DNA from: Chthonomonadales bacterium
GTDB lineage: Bacteria > Armatimonadota > Chthonomonadetes > Chthonomonadales > CAJBBX01
Assembly (NCBI GenBank): GCA_037443035.1
Contig: JBBIPC010000003.1
Location: forward strand, 1,937 to 58,850
Length of the DNA: 56,914 nucleotides
Direction of reading: 5' to 3'
The position numbers were made by a program, and so were the translations under genes. The notes beneath the pieces are model-generated. The model had not been told where the DNA came from and searched no databases. It saw only the letters and a program-made list of their open reading frames with translations. Each line of letters starts with the position of its first letter. Position 1 is the first letter of the stretch. Positions 38,626 to 48,207 of this stretch are shown here, piece by piece.

Positions 38626-40032
38626 ATGGCCACTAGCAAAGGCGGTGCGAAGAAGCCCAATATCGTGCTGTTAGGCATTGACTCGCTGAGCGCCCGTAAC
38701 ATGAGCTGCTACGGCTACTCGCGCCTGACCACGCCCCATATAGACAGGTTCGCACAGGGGGGCGTGCTTTTCGAAAACTACTACAGCCCGCACATCCCGA
38801 CCACCAGCGGCTATGCCAACATGCTGACGGGTCGGGACGCATTCAGTACGCAAGTTGTCGCCCTCCGCCATCGCGGCCCCATGCGCTCCGAAGTCCGCAC
38901 GTTGCCGGAGATCTTGCGCGACTATGGCTACACCTCCACGAGCGTGGGTTTCGAGGGTAATCCAGCGTCGCGTGGTTTCGACACCTATCTCCACTTCCCT
39001 GGCTGGGAAGCAGACAAGGACGGACGGAGTCCTAAGGCGGAGCTGCTCAATCGGGTCGCCGTACCTGAGCTGGAACGGCTTCTCGCCCAGGATCAGCCGT
39101 GGCTTCTCTTCCTACGTCACATGGACCCGCACTCGCCGTACCTTCCGCCAGCCCCATTCGAGCGGATGTTCTATCATGGCAACGAGTGCGATCCGAACAA
39201 CCGGTCCATGGACCCTGTCATGTCGTTCAAACCCTTCTGCGACTACTTCGCTGCCTGGATGCCTCGCGGGATCAGCGACAAGGACTATGTCATCGCACAG
39301 TACGACGGAGCCGTCGCCTACATGGACGCAGCCATCCAGACGCTCTTCACAGCCTTGGCGGCCAACGGGATTCTGGACGATACCATTGTCGTCATCACGG
39401 CGGACCACGGGGAGACACTCTACGATCATGAGTGCTGGTTCGACCATCATGGCCTCTATGATTGCGTGCTCCATGTTCCGCTCATCATTCGTTACCCGCC
39501 GAAGTTGCCCGCCGGCAAGAGGATCTGCGGCTACTGCGACCACCCTGATCTCACGCCTACCATTCTCGAACTCGCCGGCATAGAGGCTCCCGACGCGTTC
39601 GACGGTAGGAGCCTGCTTCCGTTAGTGTCGGGGGAGGTTGCATCCTACGACACCGAGATCTACATCACCGAATGCACCTGGATGCGGAAGCACGGTTGGC
39701 GAACACCCGAATGGAAGCTCATCGTAGCGCTGGAGCCGGACTTCCACTTCAAGCCGCCGGTAGAGCTGTACAACCTCATTCAGGACCCCGAAGAGAACAA
39801 CAACCTCGCTGACGAGCTACCGGACGTGGTCCAACATCTCAAAGCGCGCATGGAAGCATGGATCGGCCATCGCGAGGCCGCGACCGGTCTACCGAACCCG
39901 ATACATACTCAGGGCGACTGGCACGGCATCGAAGGTGTCGGTCCGTTCAAGACATCTCAGCAGGCCTACGACACCCTGCACATTGGCAATCCGGGCGAAG
40001 CCGCTAGGCTTCAGGCTGAGGCGAGAAAGTAG
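38626..40032 (+). CDS. Sulfatase-like alkaline-phosphatase-superfamily hydrolase with Thr at the nucleophile position
   Basis: PNIVLLGIDSL, TTPHID, HIPTTSGYANMLTG, DPHSPY, TADHGE, HVPLII and ELYNL..DPEE. Confidence 0.88.
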   Translation: MATSKGGAKKPNIVLLGIDSLSARNMSCYGYSRLTTPHIDRFAQGGVLFENYYSPHIPTTSGYANMLTGRDAFSTQVVALRHRGPMRSEVRTLPEILRDYGYTSTSVGFEGNPASRGFDTYLHFPGWEADKDGRSPKAELLNRVAVPELERLLAQDQPWLLFLRHMDPHSPYLPPAPFERMFYHGNECDPNNRSMDPVMSFKPFCDYFAAWMPRGISDKDYVIAQYDGAVAYMDAAIQTLFTALAANGILDDTIVVITADHGETLYDHECWFDHHGLYDCVLHVPLIIRYPPKLPAGKRICGYCDHPDLTPTILELAGIEAPDAFDGRSLLPLVSGEVASYDTEIYITECTWMRKHGWRTPEWKLIVALEPDFHFKPPVELYNLIQDPEENNNLADELPDVVQHLKARMEAWIGHREAATGLPNPIHTQGDWHGIEGVGPFKTSQQAYDTLHIGNPGEAARLQAEARK

Positions 40033-40076
40033 ACCCAAGTCCCCGAGGACAGACTCTGCAAGGAAGGATCATTGAC

Positions 40077-41201
40077 ATGCCCATCAAAGTCGGAATAGTC
40101 GGCATGCGCGGCATCGGGCTGCAGCATGCCGCCGCTCATGCAGCAGACGATCTAGCGGAACTCGTAGCCGTCTGCGACGTTGTCAAGGAACGCGCTGACG
40201 CTGCTGCACAGAAGCACGGCGTCCGCGCTTACTACTCCCTCAAGGACATGCTGGCCAACGAAGACCTCGACATGGTGGACGTAACGACGGGCGGGTACGA
40301 GAACGGCAGTTGGCATTTCGAACCCGCCATGGAAGCCATGGAAGCCGGCAAGCATGTGCTCGTGGAGAAGCCACTCTCCAATGACGTGAACGAGGCACGT
40401 CAGATGGTGGCCTACGCCTCGGCAAACAAGCTCTACCTGGGCTGCAACCTCAACCACTACTTCACGCCCCCGGCCGAGAAGGCCATGGAGTACATACGGA
40501 ACGGCCAGATCGGTGAGCTTCTCTACTGCCTACACAAGATGGGTTTCTCGGCAGGAGAAGGCGTCTACGGTCCCAACAAGAACTCTCGCTGGTGGGGCTT
40601 CCCTTATGCCCATTTCAAGGCGTTCCTGTCCCATCCGTTCAGCGTCATGCGCCACTTCTGCGGAGATATCACCCATGTCCAGGCGTTCGTCAACCGGCCA
40701 TGGTTCCGCCGTCGCGATCAGGACGTCATGCTCTCCACGGTGAGCATCCATGTCCGGTTCGCCAACGATTGTGTTGGTTACCTCTTGAGCCAGCGGGGAG
40801 ATGCGACCTATGGTCTGGGAGGATGGTGGAGCCTCGAAGTGGCCGGTACACGGGGCACCTTCTGCATCGAGAATTGCATCGAGAAGGTGACCTACTGGCC
40901 CGCGCCGGATCCCAAAGCTGCCGGCAATGCGGAGCGACCGGGGGGCGGTCCCAACGAGCCCGTTGTGTTCGATACGGGCATCAAAGACTTTGGTGCGACG
41001 TTCCCGCGCCGCATCCATGCCTTCCTGGAAGACCTGACGAACAAGGTGCCGCTGGAGAGCCTAAGGGCGTCCGGTCGGGACGCGCTTGCAGCCCTGGAAT
41101 ACACGTGGGCGGCCATGGAGAGTTACGAAGAGGGCGGCATTACGGTCCGTCCGAACCCATTGCCACCACTCCACGGCGATCCCGAGGCCATGCTCGACTG
41201 A
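40077..41201 (+). CDS. Gfo/Idh/MocA oxidoreductase
   Basis: GMRGIG, VAVCD and VLVEKP motifs; AGGAAGG RBS. Confidence 0.9.
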   Translation: MPIKVGIVGMRGIGLQHAAAHAADDLAELVAVCDVVKERADAAAQKHGVRAYYSLKDMLANEDLDMVDVTTGGYENGSWHFEPAMEAMEAGKHVLVEKPLSNDVNEARQMVAYASANKLYLGCNLNHYFTPPAEKAMEYIRNGQIGELLYCLHKMGFSAGEGVYGPNKNSRWWGFPYAHFKAFLSHPFSVMRHFCGDITHVQAFVNRPWFRRRDQDVMLSTVSIHVRFANDCVGYLLSQRGDATYGLGGWWSLEVAGTRGTFCIENCIEKVTYWPAPDPKAAGNAERPGGGPNEPVVFDTGIKDFGATFPRRIHAFLEDLTNKVPLESLRASGRDALAALEYTWAAMESYEEGGITVRPNPLPPLHGDPEAMLD

Positions 41202-41211
41202 CACTGTTCTT

Positions 41212-41249
41212 GGCCGGGTGCTCGGCATCCCGTCCGCCAGCACCCGGCC
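41212..41249. terminator. Likely bidirectional terminator
   Basis: 11-bp arms GGCCGGGTGCT / AGCACCCGGCC between convergent genes. Confidence 0.6.
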
Positions 41250-41269
41250 GCCTCCAGAACACGTTGAGT

Positions 41270-42214
41270 TTACTTCCGGCGTGCGACGTAGATGTCTGCT
41301 TCGATCATGCGACCGTCCCGGAACAAGTGGTGCACAAAGTACACGTTCCCCCGTCGGTCTACGCTCGGTTCACCAGCGAACTGAGAGAGGATCAGCTCTG
41401 GTGAGGACCAGCCCTTGCCCTTGCGAGTACTGCGGTACACGGCCGGCGTTCCTCGGTAGGTCCTGGTGAACCAAAGCTCGCGCCCGTCATAGGTGACGAA
41501 CGGCTGGGTGTCATCTTCCTGGCTGTTCACTTCCGACACGGGCTTCGGATCCCCCCATTGGCGGTGTTGCAGCTCGGAGCACCAGATGTCTAGCTTGCCT
41601 TTGCCACCTGGACGGTCCGTGTGGAAGTAGACCTGCTTCCCGTCGGGGGTGACGTGTAGTTCCCCCATTGCAAAGTCCTTGTTCCAGCGTTCTCCGGCAT
41701 TCACCCAGTCTGTCCACCGCCCTGCCCGCCGACGTGCGATCCAAATGTCCAGAGGTCGGCCGTTTCCCTGTCTCGCCGACGCGAACCACATGGTATCTCC
41801 CTGCACACATTGCGCACCGTCCAGCGCCAGCTCGTGGGGCCGGGAAAGAAGGACCCGGACGCCTTCGGTCCAGCCTTTGGCTTCTAGCTTCGCCTCGTAG
41901 ATGCCCGTGACACCGTCCAGTATCTGCTTCTCCGGAGGTACGCGAACATCCGGCGTGAACCAGAACCACAACGTCCTCCCATCCTCCGAGATGTAGGGCG
42001 AATCCTCTGCCCCCGACGTGTTCACGGCACCCGGTACGGGTACAGGCGCAAGGTACGCATCGCTATGCAAGACAGGGGGATGGCGGTCTTCCGCGGGCAG
42101 GATTTTGGCAACGTCGGCTGGAAGACGGAGGCGGCGCTCTTTCGATGGCACCTGGCTCAGGAGCACAGGCAACATGGCCAGTGCAAGCAGTTTCGTACAA
42201 GGATGTGCCATCAT
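41270..42214 (-). CDS. Secreted TolB/PD40-type beta-propeller protein
   Basis: GAGGAG RBS and signal-like N-terminus; repeats VNTSGAEDSPYISEDG, TPDGKQVYF and VNSQEDDTQPFVTYDG. Confidence 0.8.
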   Translation of the reverse strand: MMAHPCTKLLALAMLPVLLSQVPSKERRLRLPADVAKILPAEDRHPPVLHSDAYLAPVPVPGAVNTSGAEDSPYISEDGRTLWFWFTPDVRVPPEKQILDGVTGIYEAKLEAKGWTEGVRVLLSRPHELALDGAQCVQGDTMWFASARQGNGRPLDIWIARRRAGRWTDWVNAGERWNKDFAMGELHVTPDGKQVYFHTDRPGGKGKLDIWCSELQHRQWGDPKPVSEVNSQEDDTQPFVTYDGRELWFTRTYRGTPAVYRSTRKGKGWSSPELILSQFAGEPSVDRRGNVYFVHHLFRDGRMIEADIYVARRK

Positions 42215-42281
42215 TGCTCCTCTGCCTCGCCCGGCCGGGCCGCCGAGCAACGGGTTACGGTCCCTGAGGGAAACGGCTACG

Positions 42282-43445
42282 TCAGGGTCGTATGATGGAG
42301 GCACCCTCGGCAGCCTGGCATACATAGAACCTCGCCCTGCGCCGTGCCTCGCGAAGGTATCTGCGCGCCACGATTCTCTGGAACGTCTCCACTTGGTCCG
42401 AGGCCACCAGACTTACGGTGCATCCTCCGAAACCGGCGCCTGTCATGCGCGAGCCGTAGACGCCAGGCACACTTCGGGCAACACGTACAAGAGTATCCAA
42501 CTCCAGGCAGCTCACCTCGTAGTTGTCGCGGAGCGACTCATGACTCTCGTACATGAGTCGGCCGAAGTGCTCGATATCTCCCGCCTTGAGGGCCTGCACG
42601 CTCCGCAGCACACGCTCGTTCTCCGACACGACGTGATGAGCGCGCTTGTAGCTGAGAGGGCTCAACTTGCTCCTGAACCGCCGAAGGTCTTCGAGGGTCA
42701 CGTCACGCAAGGATTGGACGCCTGGGATCTCTTGCTGGAGCACGGCGACCGCTTCCTCGCACTCACTTCGCCTTTCGTTGTACTTCGATCCGGCCAGTCC
42801 CCGAGGCTTGTTCGTATGCGTGATGACAAGTTCCAGGCCCGAGAATGGTAGCGGCACCGGCTCGTACTCCAGCGATCGGGTGTCGAGAAACAGGGCATGA
42901 TCGGCACGACCCAGCACCGAAATGAACTGGTCCATGATGCCACACTTCACGCCCACGAACTCCACCTCGGCGCGCTGACACAGCTTCGCCCTCTCCACCG
43001 GATCGAGCCTGAAACCGCTGGCAGCTTCGAAGGCGAGACACGACGCCACCTCCAGGGCTGCGCTGGAGGACAGGCCACTGCTTACCGGCACGTCGCCTGT
43101 GATGACCGCATCCATGCCACACAACCGATGCCCTGTCTCCTGCAGAATGTGTGCCACGCCTCGGATGTAGTTGGACCATGGACGGTGAACGGCCTTTCGA
43201 ATCGAATTGAGGCTGAACCAAGTGTCCTGGCGAAACTGCCTCGAAGCGAGATAGACGCGCCGGTCGGTTCTCGGGGCCACAGCGATCGCGACATCGTAAG
43301 TAATGGCAGCCGGAAATACGAAGCCTTCGTTGTAATCGGTGTGCTCGCCGATGAGATTGACCCTGCCGGGCGCACGCGCGATGAACCACGGTGAGCGATC
43401 GTACTGCCTACGGAACGCTGCCGTGAGTTCGACAAGGTTGCTCAT
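42282..43445 (-). CDS. galK: Galactokinase
   Basis: APGRVNLIGEHTDYNEG, SGLSSSAA, CGIMDQ, YNERR and GSRMTGAGFGGC motifs. Confidence 0.97.
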   Translation of the reverse strand: MSNLVELTAAFRRQYDRSPWFIARAPGRVNLIGEHTDYNEGFVFPAAITYDVAIAVAPRTDRRVYLASRQFRQDTWFSLNSIRKAVHRPWSNYIRGVAHILQETGHRLCGMDAVITGDVPVSSGLSSSAALEVASCLAFEAASGFRLDPVERAKLCQRAEVEFVGVKCGIMDQFISVLGRADHALFLDTRSLEYEPVPLPFSGLELVITHTNKPRGLAGSKYNERRSECEEAVAVLQQEIPGVQSLRDVTLEDLRRFRSKLSPLSYKRAHHVVSENERVLRSVQALKAGDIEHFGRLMYESHESLRDNYEVSCLELDTLVRVARSVPGVYGSRMTGAGFGGCTVSLVASDQVETFQRIVARRYLREARRRARFYVCQAAEGASIIRP

Positions 43446-43474
43446 ACCGTTCGTCCTCTCTCGCCTCGTCTGTC

Positions 43475-43945
43475 TCAATACTGGGTGTCATCGCCCAGCA
43501 TTGTCTGAAGCTGGCACACCTGGCCGAGATGGTACTGGAGATGCATGGCTGGCATCAGCAGCCCGAATGCGACGGGCACCCGTTCCCCCCAAGGCATCAC
43601 CATCGTGGTAGCTATCTTCTCGTCCGCCATCTCGGAAATGCATCGCGCGAGGTCTGCAACCGCATCGCGAAGGAAAGCGAGCGCGTCCGGGAGTGACCGG
43701 TATTGATCGAGGGCCGATTCCATCTCGTCCGCCGTGCGATACGGGAGCGGATTGCCCGCCATGATGGCAGCAAAGAAGCGACAGTGTACACCGCAGTGGG
43801 CGACGACCTCCACCGCAGTGCGTGCCATACCTCCGGGGTGCCAATCGGCACGGTCAGGCGGAAAATGCTGGAGCGTCCGCTCCAGCTCGCTGTACGTCCG
43901 CATCGTGATCTCCGACGCTACACGTCGGATGCTTGCCGTGTTCAT
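43475..43945 (-). CDS. DinB/YfiT family protein
   Basis: EVVAH and HLQYHLGQ His triad in a four-helix-bundle pattern. Confidence 0.8.
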   Translation of the reverse strand: MNTASIRRVASEITMRTYSELERTLQHFPPDRADWHPGGMARTAVEVVAHCGVHCRFFAAIMAGNPLPYRTADEMESALDQYRSLPDALAFLRDAVADLARCISEMADEKIATTMVMPWGERVPVAFGLLMPAMHLQYHLGQVCQLQTMLGDDTQY

Positions 43946-43966
43946 TATGGATCCGCCCCGATGGCA

Positions 43967-43996
43967 ATTATAGCCGTACCGGTAGGAGAGGGTCAA
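43967..43996 (-). promoter_or_regulatory. Sigma70-type promoter for the DinB-family gene and galK
   Basis: Minus strand TTGACC (43996-43991), 18-nt spacer, TATAAT (43972-43967). Confidence 0.7.
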
Positions 43997-44036
43997 CGGA
44001 AGAGCGTGCCCCTCCCGCCCCACGGCCGAAGGCCGT

Positions 44037-44063
44037 GTAGCCGCAGGTTCTTCCTGCGCCTAC
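44037..44063. repeat. GTAG-type REP-like palindrome
   Basis: GTAGCCGCAGG-TTCTT-CCTGCGCCTAC; the last 11 nt are identical to 31640-31650. Confidence 0.55.
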
Positions 44064-44255
44064 GGAAGGAAGCATCCTCCTGCCGTGCGGCCTTACGTAG
44101 AACCCCGCGCGTACTCGACTCCCGCCGCGCGAGCACCGTCGAACCTGCTCGGAGACTGTACAGACAATGCAGGAAAGCCGATGGGGTCTCGCGAATCCAC
44201 CGTCGGCGACTGCTCTGACGGGCAGACGAGCATATACACAAGGAGAAAGAAACAC

Positions 44256-45248
44256 GTGATACGCCTAGGGTTGATAGGATGCGGGGGTATTATGGGCGCT
44301 CATGTCCCCGGTCTGAAGGCCGTCGAGGATCGCGCCATCGTAACGGCAACATGCGACGTGAACGAGGCTAATGCCCTGCAGCGGGCCACGGACACTAACC
44401 CCAACGCCGCCATCTACACGAACTGGAAGTCCATGTTAGCCGACGATGTCGTGGATGCGGTGGACTGCGCGTTGCCTCACCATCTCCATCGAGATGCCAT
44501 CGTGGACGCTGCAGAAGCCGGAAAGCACATTCTTACGGAGAAGCCCCTGTGCACGACGCTGGAGGAAGCCAGGGACATCGAAGCCGTCGTGAAGGCCAAT
44601 GGCGTCATTCTGGCCTGCGCCCACAACCAGATGTTCGAGCCAGCCCCGCGTCTGGCCCGGCAGTGGATACGGGAGGGCAGACTCGGTCGGCTGTTCAGCC
44701 TCCGCACTGTGGACTGTTTCTACGCCGGTGGAGGCAAGGGTGTCGACTGGGGATGGCGTGGCAAGCTGGAAACGTGTGGTGGCGGATGCGCCATTGACAC
44801 AGGCTACCACCCAGCTTACATGCTCATTTCGCTGGCGAACTCCGAGCCCGTGGAAGTAGTGAGCATGCTCGCCAACTACAATCAGCCGAACCTCGAGGGG
44901 GACGACAGCGCGCAGACCATGGTTCGTTTCGCCAACGGTGCTGTGGGCACGATCCAGACGTCCTGGGGTTACAATGTGCCCAATGGCCACTGGCAGATCC
45001 ACGCCATCGGAGAGAAGGGGCAGATATACGGCCGCGGCAACACCCTCTACTTCCAGCCGCTCCAGGGAGAAACGGAGAAGCATGACCTGGAGCCCGAGAG
45101 TGGTTTCGTCGGCGAGATCAAGCACTTCGTGGACTGCATCGAGACTGGCGCCACTCCGGAGCAGGGGCTCTACGAGGGCATTACCGTCCTCAAAGTCATC
45201 CTCGCAGGCTACCAGGCAGACCGTGAGAAACGATACGTCACGGTTTGA
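44256..45248 (+). CDS. Gfo/Idh/MocA oxidoreductase
   Basis: GTG after AAGGAG; GCGGI, LPHHLH, TEKP and GGGCAIDTGYH motifs. Confidence 0.92.
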   Translation: MIRLGLIGCGGIMGAHVPGLKAVEDRAIVTATCDVNEANALQRATDTNPNAAIYTNWKSMLADDVVDAVDCALPHHLHRDAIVDAAEAGKHILTEKPLCTTLEEARDIEAVVKANGVILACAHNQMFEPAPRLARQWIREGRLGRLFSLRTVDCFYAGGGKGVDWGWRGKLETCGGGCAIDTGYHPAYMLISLANSEPVEVVSMLANYNQPNLEGDDSAQTMVRFANGAVGTIQTSWGYNVPNGHWQIHAIGEKGQIYGRGNTLYFQPLQGETEKHDLEPESGFVGEIKHFVDCIETGATPEQGLYEGITVLKVILAGYQADREKRYVTV

Positions 45249-45436
45249 TTTGCATGCAACGAAGCATACAACCGTAAGGATGGGATTACGAAGCCAGGGG
45301 CAACCAGGGGTTGCATCCGATCGAAGGGAAGCTAGCGCATCGCCAGCGAGCAGGTCGAACACCTCGGCAACGCCGAACGCACCGCGCGTGCTCGCCGCTA
45401 CGAGGCCGATGATGACATCGGAGGAATGCCTGTAGC

Positions 45437-46579
45437 ATGCCTGATCCACGCAGCCCCTATCTATTCCCGGTGGACCTCGAGCGATTCTGGGAGGACGACG
45501 CCGCCAGCCAAGGCAAGTGGTTCTCCACCGACAAGCCCCAGGTACCGTTGGGTATACGCATGCCTGCCACCTGTGTCTGGGACGAGCTAGGGTTGCCCAT
45601 GCCGGAAGGCGCCGACACGGAGATTCAGAACCCCTACGATGTTCCTCTGGACCTCCGCAAGCGCTACAACGAGCGGGCTGTGGCCATCGTCGGACGGCCC
45701 ATGCTGCCCGAAGATGATCCGCCACCGCCCGATTCCCGGTTCCCTCCGGTGAAGAGCATCACCGACATCTTCGAGGCGCCGGTAATCCATACTGGCGGGG
45801 CCGACTGGGTCATGCCGGCAGCCACAACACCGAGTGAGCTCGAAGCTCTCCTCGACCGTGTGGAGAAGCGCGACTTGCGCGCATTCCTCTTTCCGCCCAA
45901 CTGGGACGCCGAAGTGCGCCGCATCTACGAGCGTTACGGCAAGCGTCCTCGCCTTGGAGGCGGCATTCGGGGGCCGGTCACGGCAGCCATGAGCATCTAT
46001 GGCGTCGAGAACCTCATCTTTCTCATTCGCGATGCACCTTCGCTGGCAGCTCGATTCCGCGATCTTCTGGCGGACAAGATCATCCAGATGACGGAGCTGT
46101 TCTACGAAGCTAGCGGCACACCTGACCGGCGGGGTTTCGGTTTCAACGACGATAACTGCGCCATGCTCAATCCTGAGATGTACGCCTTCTTCGGTCAGCC
46201 CATCCTCCGCAGGGTGTTCGAACGGTTCGCCCCAGATCCTGGCGATACGCGCTACCAACACTCGGATAGCGCCATGACCCACCTGCTTCCCCTTCTGAAC
46301 GAAGTTGGCGTGAACCACGGCAATTTCGGTCCCGCCGTCCGCGTCCAGGACATACGGCGCGCGATGCCGAGGTGCGTCATCCACGGCCAACTCGCTCCTT
46401 GGACCTTCGCCCGTGGCACCGACGAGGAGATCGCAGCGGAGGTGAAGCGTGACATCGAAGCCGTTGCGGCTGACGGCGGCCTCATCATCGCAACTGCCGG
46501 CAGTATCAACCCAGGCAGCCGCCTCTCGGGCCTCCGCGCTGTCATGAGCACGATTCAGCGGTACGGAAGGTACCAATAG
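45437..46579 (+). CDS. Uroporphyrinogen decarboxylase family protein (divergent)
   Basis: GGAGG RBS; RGPVTAA, DDNCAMLNPEMY, QHSDS and IHGQLAP motifs. Confidence 0.8.
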   Translation: MPDPRSPYLFPVDLERFWEDDAASQGKWFSTDKPQVPLGIRMPATCVWDELGLPMPEGADTEIQNPYDVPLDLRKRYNERAVAIVGRPMLPEDDPPPPDSRFPPVKSITDIFEAPVIHTGGADWVMPAATTPSELEALLDRVEKRDLRAFLFPPNWDAEVRRIYERYGKRPRLGGGIRGPVTAAMSIYGVENLIFLIRDAPSLAARFRDLLADKIIQMTELFYEASGTPDRRGFGFNDDNCAMLNPEMYAFFGQPILRRVFERFAPDPGDTRYQHSDSAMTHLLPLLNEVGVNHGNFGPAVRVQDIRRAMPRCVIHGQLAPWTFARGTDEEIAAEVKRDIEAVAADGGLIIATAGSINPGSRLSGLRAVMSTIQRYGRYQ

Positions 46580-46598
46580 GCGGCAGCGGGCTGTCGCC
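46580..46598. terminator. Hairpin between convergent genes
   Basis: GCGGCAGC-GG-GCTGTCGC stem fills the short gap. Confidence 0.45.
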
Positions 46599-46604
46599 GA
46601 GGTG

Positions 46605-48197
46605 TCAGGGAAGGGTGCTCAGTAGGACGGCAGAACCGTCGGGATCGGCCGGATGGAAGTCATCGTAGTCCCGAATACTAGCTAGACGCGGATCGTCCGG
46701 TGCCACACCGAGCTGGCGAAGGATCGCGAGATCCTGCATCGCCTCAGCCCAGATCTCCCAGCGGACCGAGCTAATGGGTCCGTCAGGGCCAGGATAGACC
46801 ACGAATGGGTCTCCGTAGGGCCATCCCGGCCATGCATCTCCAGCCAGCTCGACGAACGGATCGATGAGCTGCTGGGTCTGAGACCGGTACCAGTAGTTGT
46901 AACCCCAATGGAGGAACCCGCGCGCCTCGAGCGCATGCAGCAGCCTTCCTCCCATCCGTAGACGCGCAAGCGGGGTGTCCAGCAAGCGGTTCCAGTAGGC
47001 GCCCCTTGGTCCACAACAGAAGTAGACCCAAGCAGGAACGCCCGCCGCACGGAACTCACGCGCTGCCGCGATACTCGCGATCGGAATGTCTGTGAGACCT
47101 TCTTTCGCGAACTCCACATGGCTCATGGCATCCATGACGCGCATCCAAGGAGCAAGCTCCCGCAGCATCTCGCGTGCAGCCCGATAGTTCGGAAGATGGT
47201 GTGCCCCGGGCTCATCGGACAAGTGGAAGAAGCTCTTATCCAACAGACCATGCTTCTCCAGAAACGCTCGGAACTCCGGCAGGAAGCGCGCGAGGAAACG
47301 CCTGTATACGGGTGCAGTCGCAGGTGTCTCAGGTGACCACAACCCCGAACTTGGGTCGTCGTTCGAGCAGTAGATCCGGATAGCGTTGGACGCACCCCAC
47401 TGTGTGAACAGGTGGGTCCACTCGAAGAACTCTGCACCGAAGCCTATGGCCGCCTCGATCCAACGTTCCACTTCGGTCCAGTCGAAGTCGTAATCGTCGC
47501 TGCCGCGTGGCTGCACACCGAGAAGCTGACACGGTCTCTTCACGCCGTCTGTCGGGGGCGTGAAGATGGGCACGTAGATGCACGTGTTGTGGTGGGCGAC
47601 GAGATCCGCCATGTAGGCGCGGACGTAGCGCCACCATGCATCGCTGCATGGAGCCACGCCGTACCAGTCCGCAATGGCGTCGCCGTAGAACCAATGGGTA
47701 ATGGGAAACCCACGTAGAGGTTCCGCCACGAAGGGATCGATGGTGAACCGCCTGGCCAGTTCCAGACGCTGACTCGTGCCCAATTCCACGCTGCAACGCA
47801 ATACAGTCGGTCCTGTAGACGCGGTCGGAGGCGTGTACAGCGTGATCCAGAAAGAGCGGGTCTCCTGGGGACCCAGCGTGACCTCGGAAGCCGGGAGCAG
47901 AGGATCGGGCGCCAGGCCGGGTATCGCGCCCAGGCCATCCATGTGCTCAGCAGGCGTATCGGTGCTGTGATGGGGTACTGGCACGAGCCCCACGAGGAGG
48001 GCCCGCGTCTCCATACGATCGGAAGCGCATGCAGCGATCCGCACCTGCACCGCATCGGTCCCCTCGTTTCTCACGCAGACCTGCACCGCAGCTCGCGTGC
48101 CTCGCAGAAGACGCATCGGCAGACGTCTCCGACGACTGCGCTTCGTTGTTGGAAAGACTCTTTCGAGTGAGCTGGTGAACCAGACCTGGAGGGACAT
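46605..48197 (-). CDS. DUF4091 / GH123-like glycoside hydrolase
   Basis: WFYGD, HLFTQWG, HLSDEP (DE pair), WVYFCC, GFLHWGYN, GDPFVVYPG and SVRWE motifs. Confidence 0.82.
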   Translation of the reverse strand: MSLQVWFTSSLERVFPTTKRSRRRRLPMRLLRGTRAAVQVCVRNEGTDAVQVRIAACASDRMETRALLVGLVPVPHHSTDTPAEHMDGLGAIPGLAPDPLLPASEVTLGPQETRSFWITLYTPPTASTGPTVLRCSVELGTSQRLELARRFTIDPFVAEPLRGFPITHWFYGDAIADWYGVAPCSDAWWRYVRAYMADLVAHHNTCIYVPIFTPPTDGVKRPCQLLGVQPRGSDDYDFDWTEVERWIEAAIGFGAEFFEWTHLFTQWGASNAIRIYCSNDDPSSGLWSPETPATAPVYRRFLARFLPEFRAFLEKHGLLDKSFFHLSDEPGAHHLPNYRAAREMLRELAPWMRVMDAMSHVEFAKEGLTDIPIASIAAAREFRAAGVPAWVYFCCGPRGAYWNRLLDTPLARLRMGGRLLHALEARGFLHWGYNYWYRSQTQQLIDPFVELAGDAWPGWPYGDPFVVYPGPDGPISSVRWEIWAEAMQDLAILRQLGVAPDDPRLASIRDYDDFHPADPDGSAVLLSTLP

Positions 48198-48207
48198 GGG
48201 CGGCTGC

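Noticed and set aside
45280..45435. Small ORF MGLRSQGQPG... between the Gfo and URO-D genes
   Set aside because: Low-complexity, no convincing RBS or motif.
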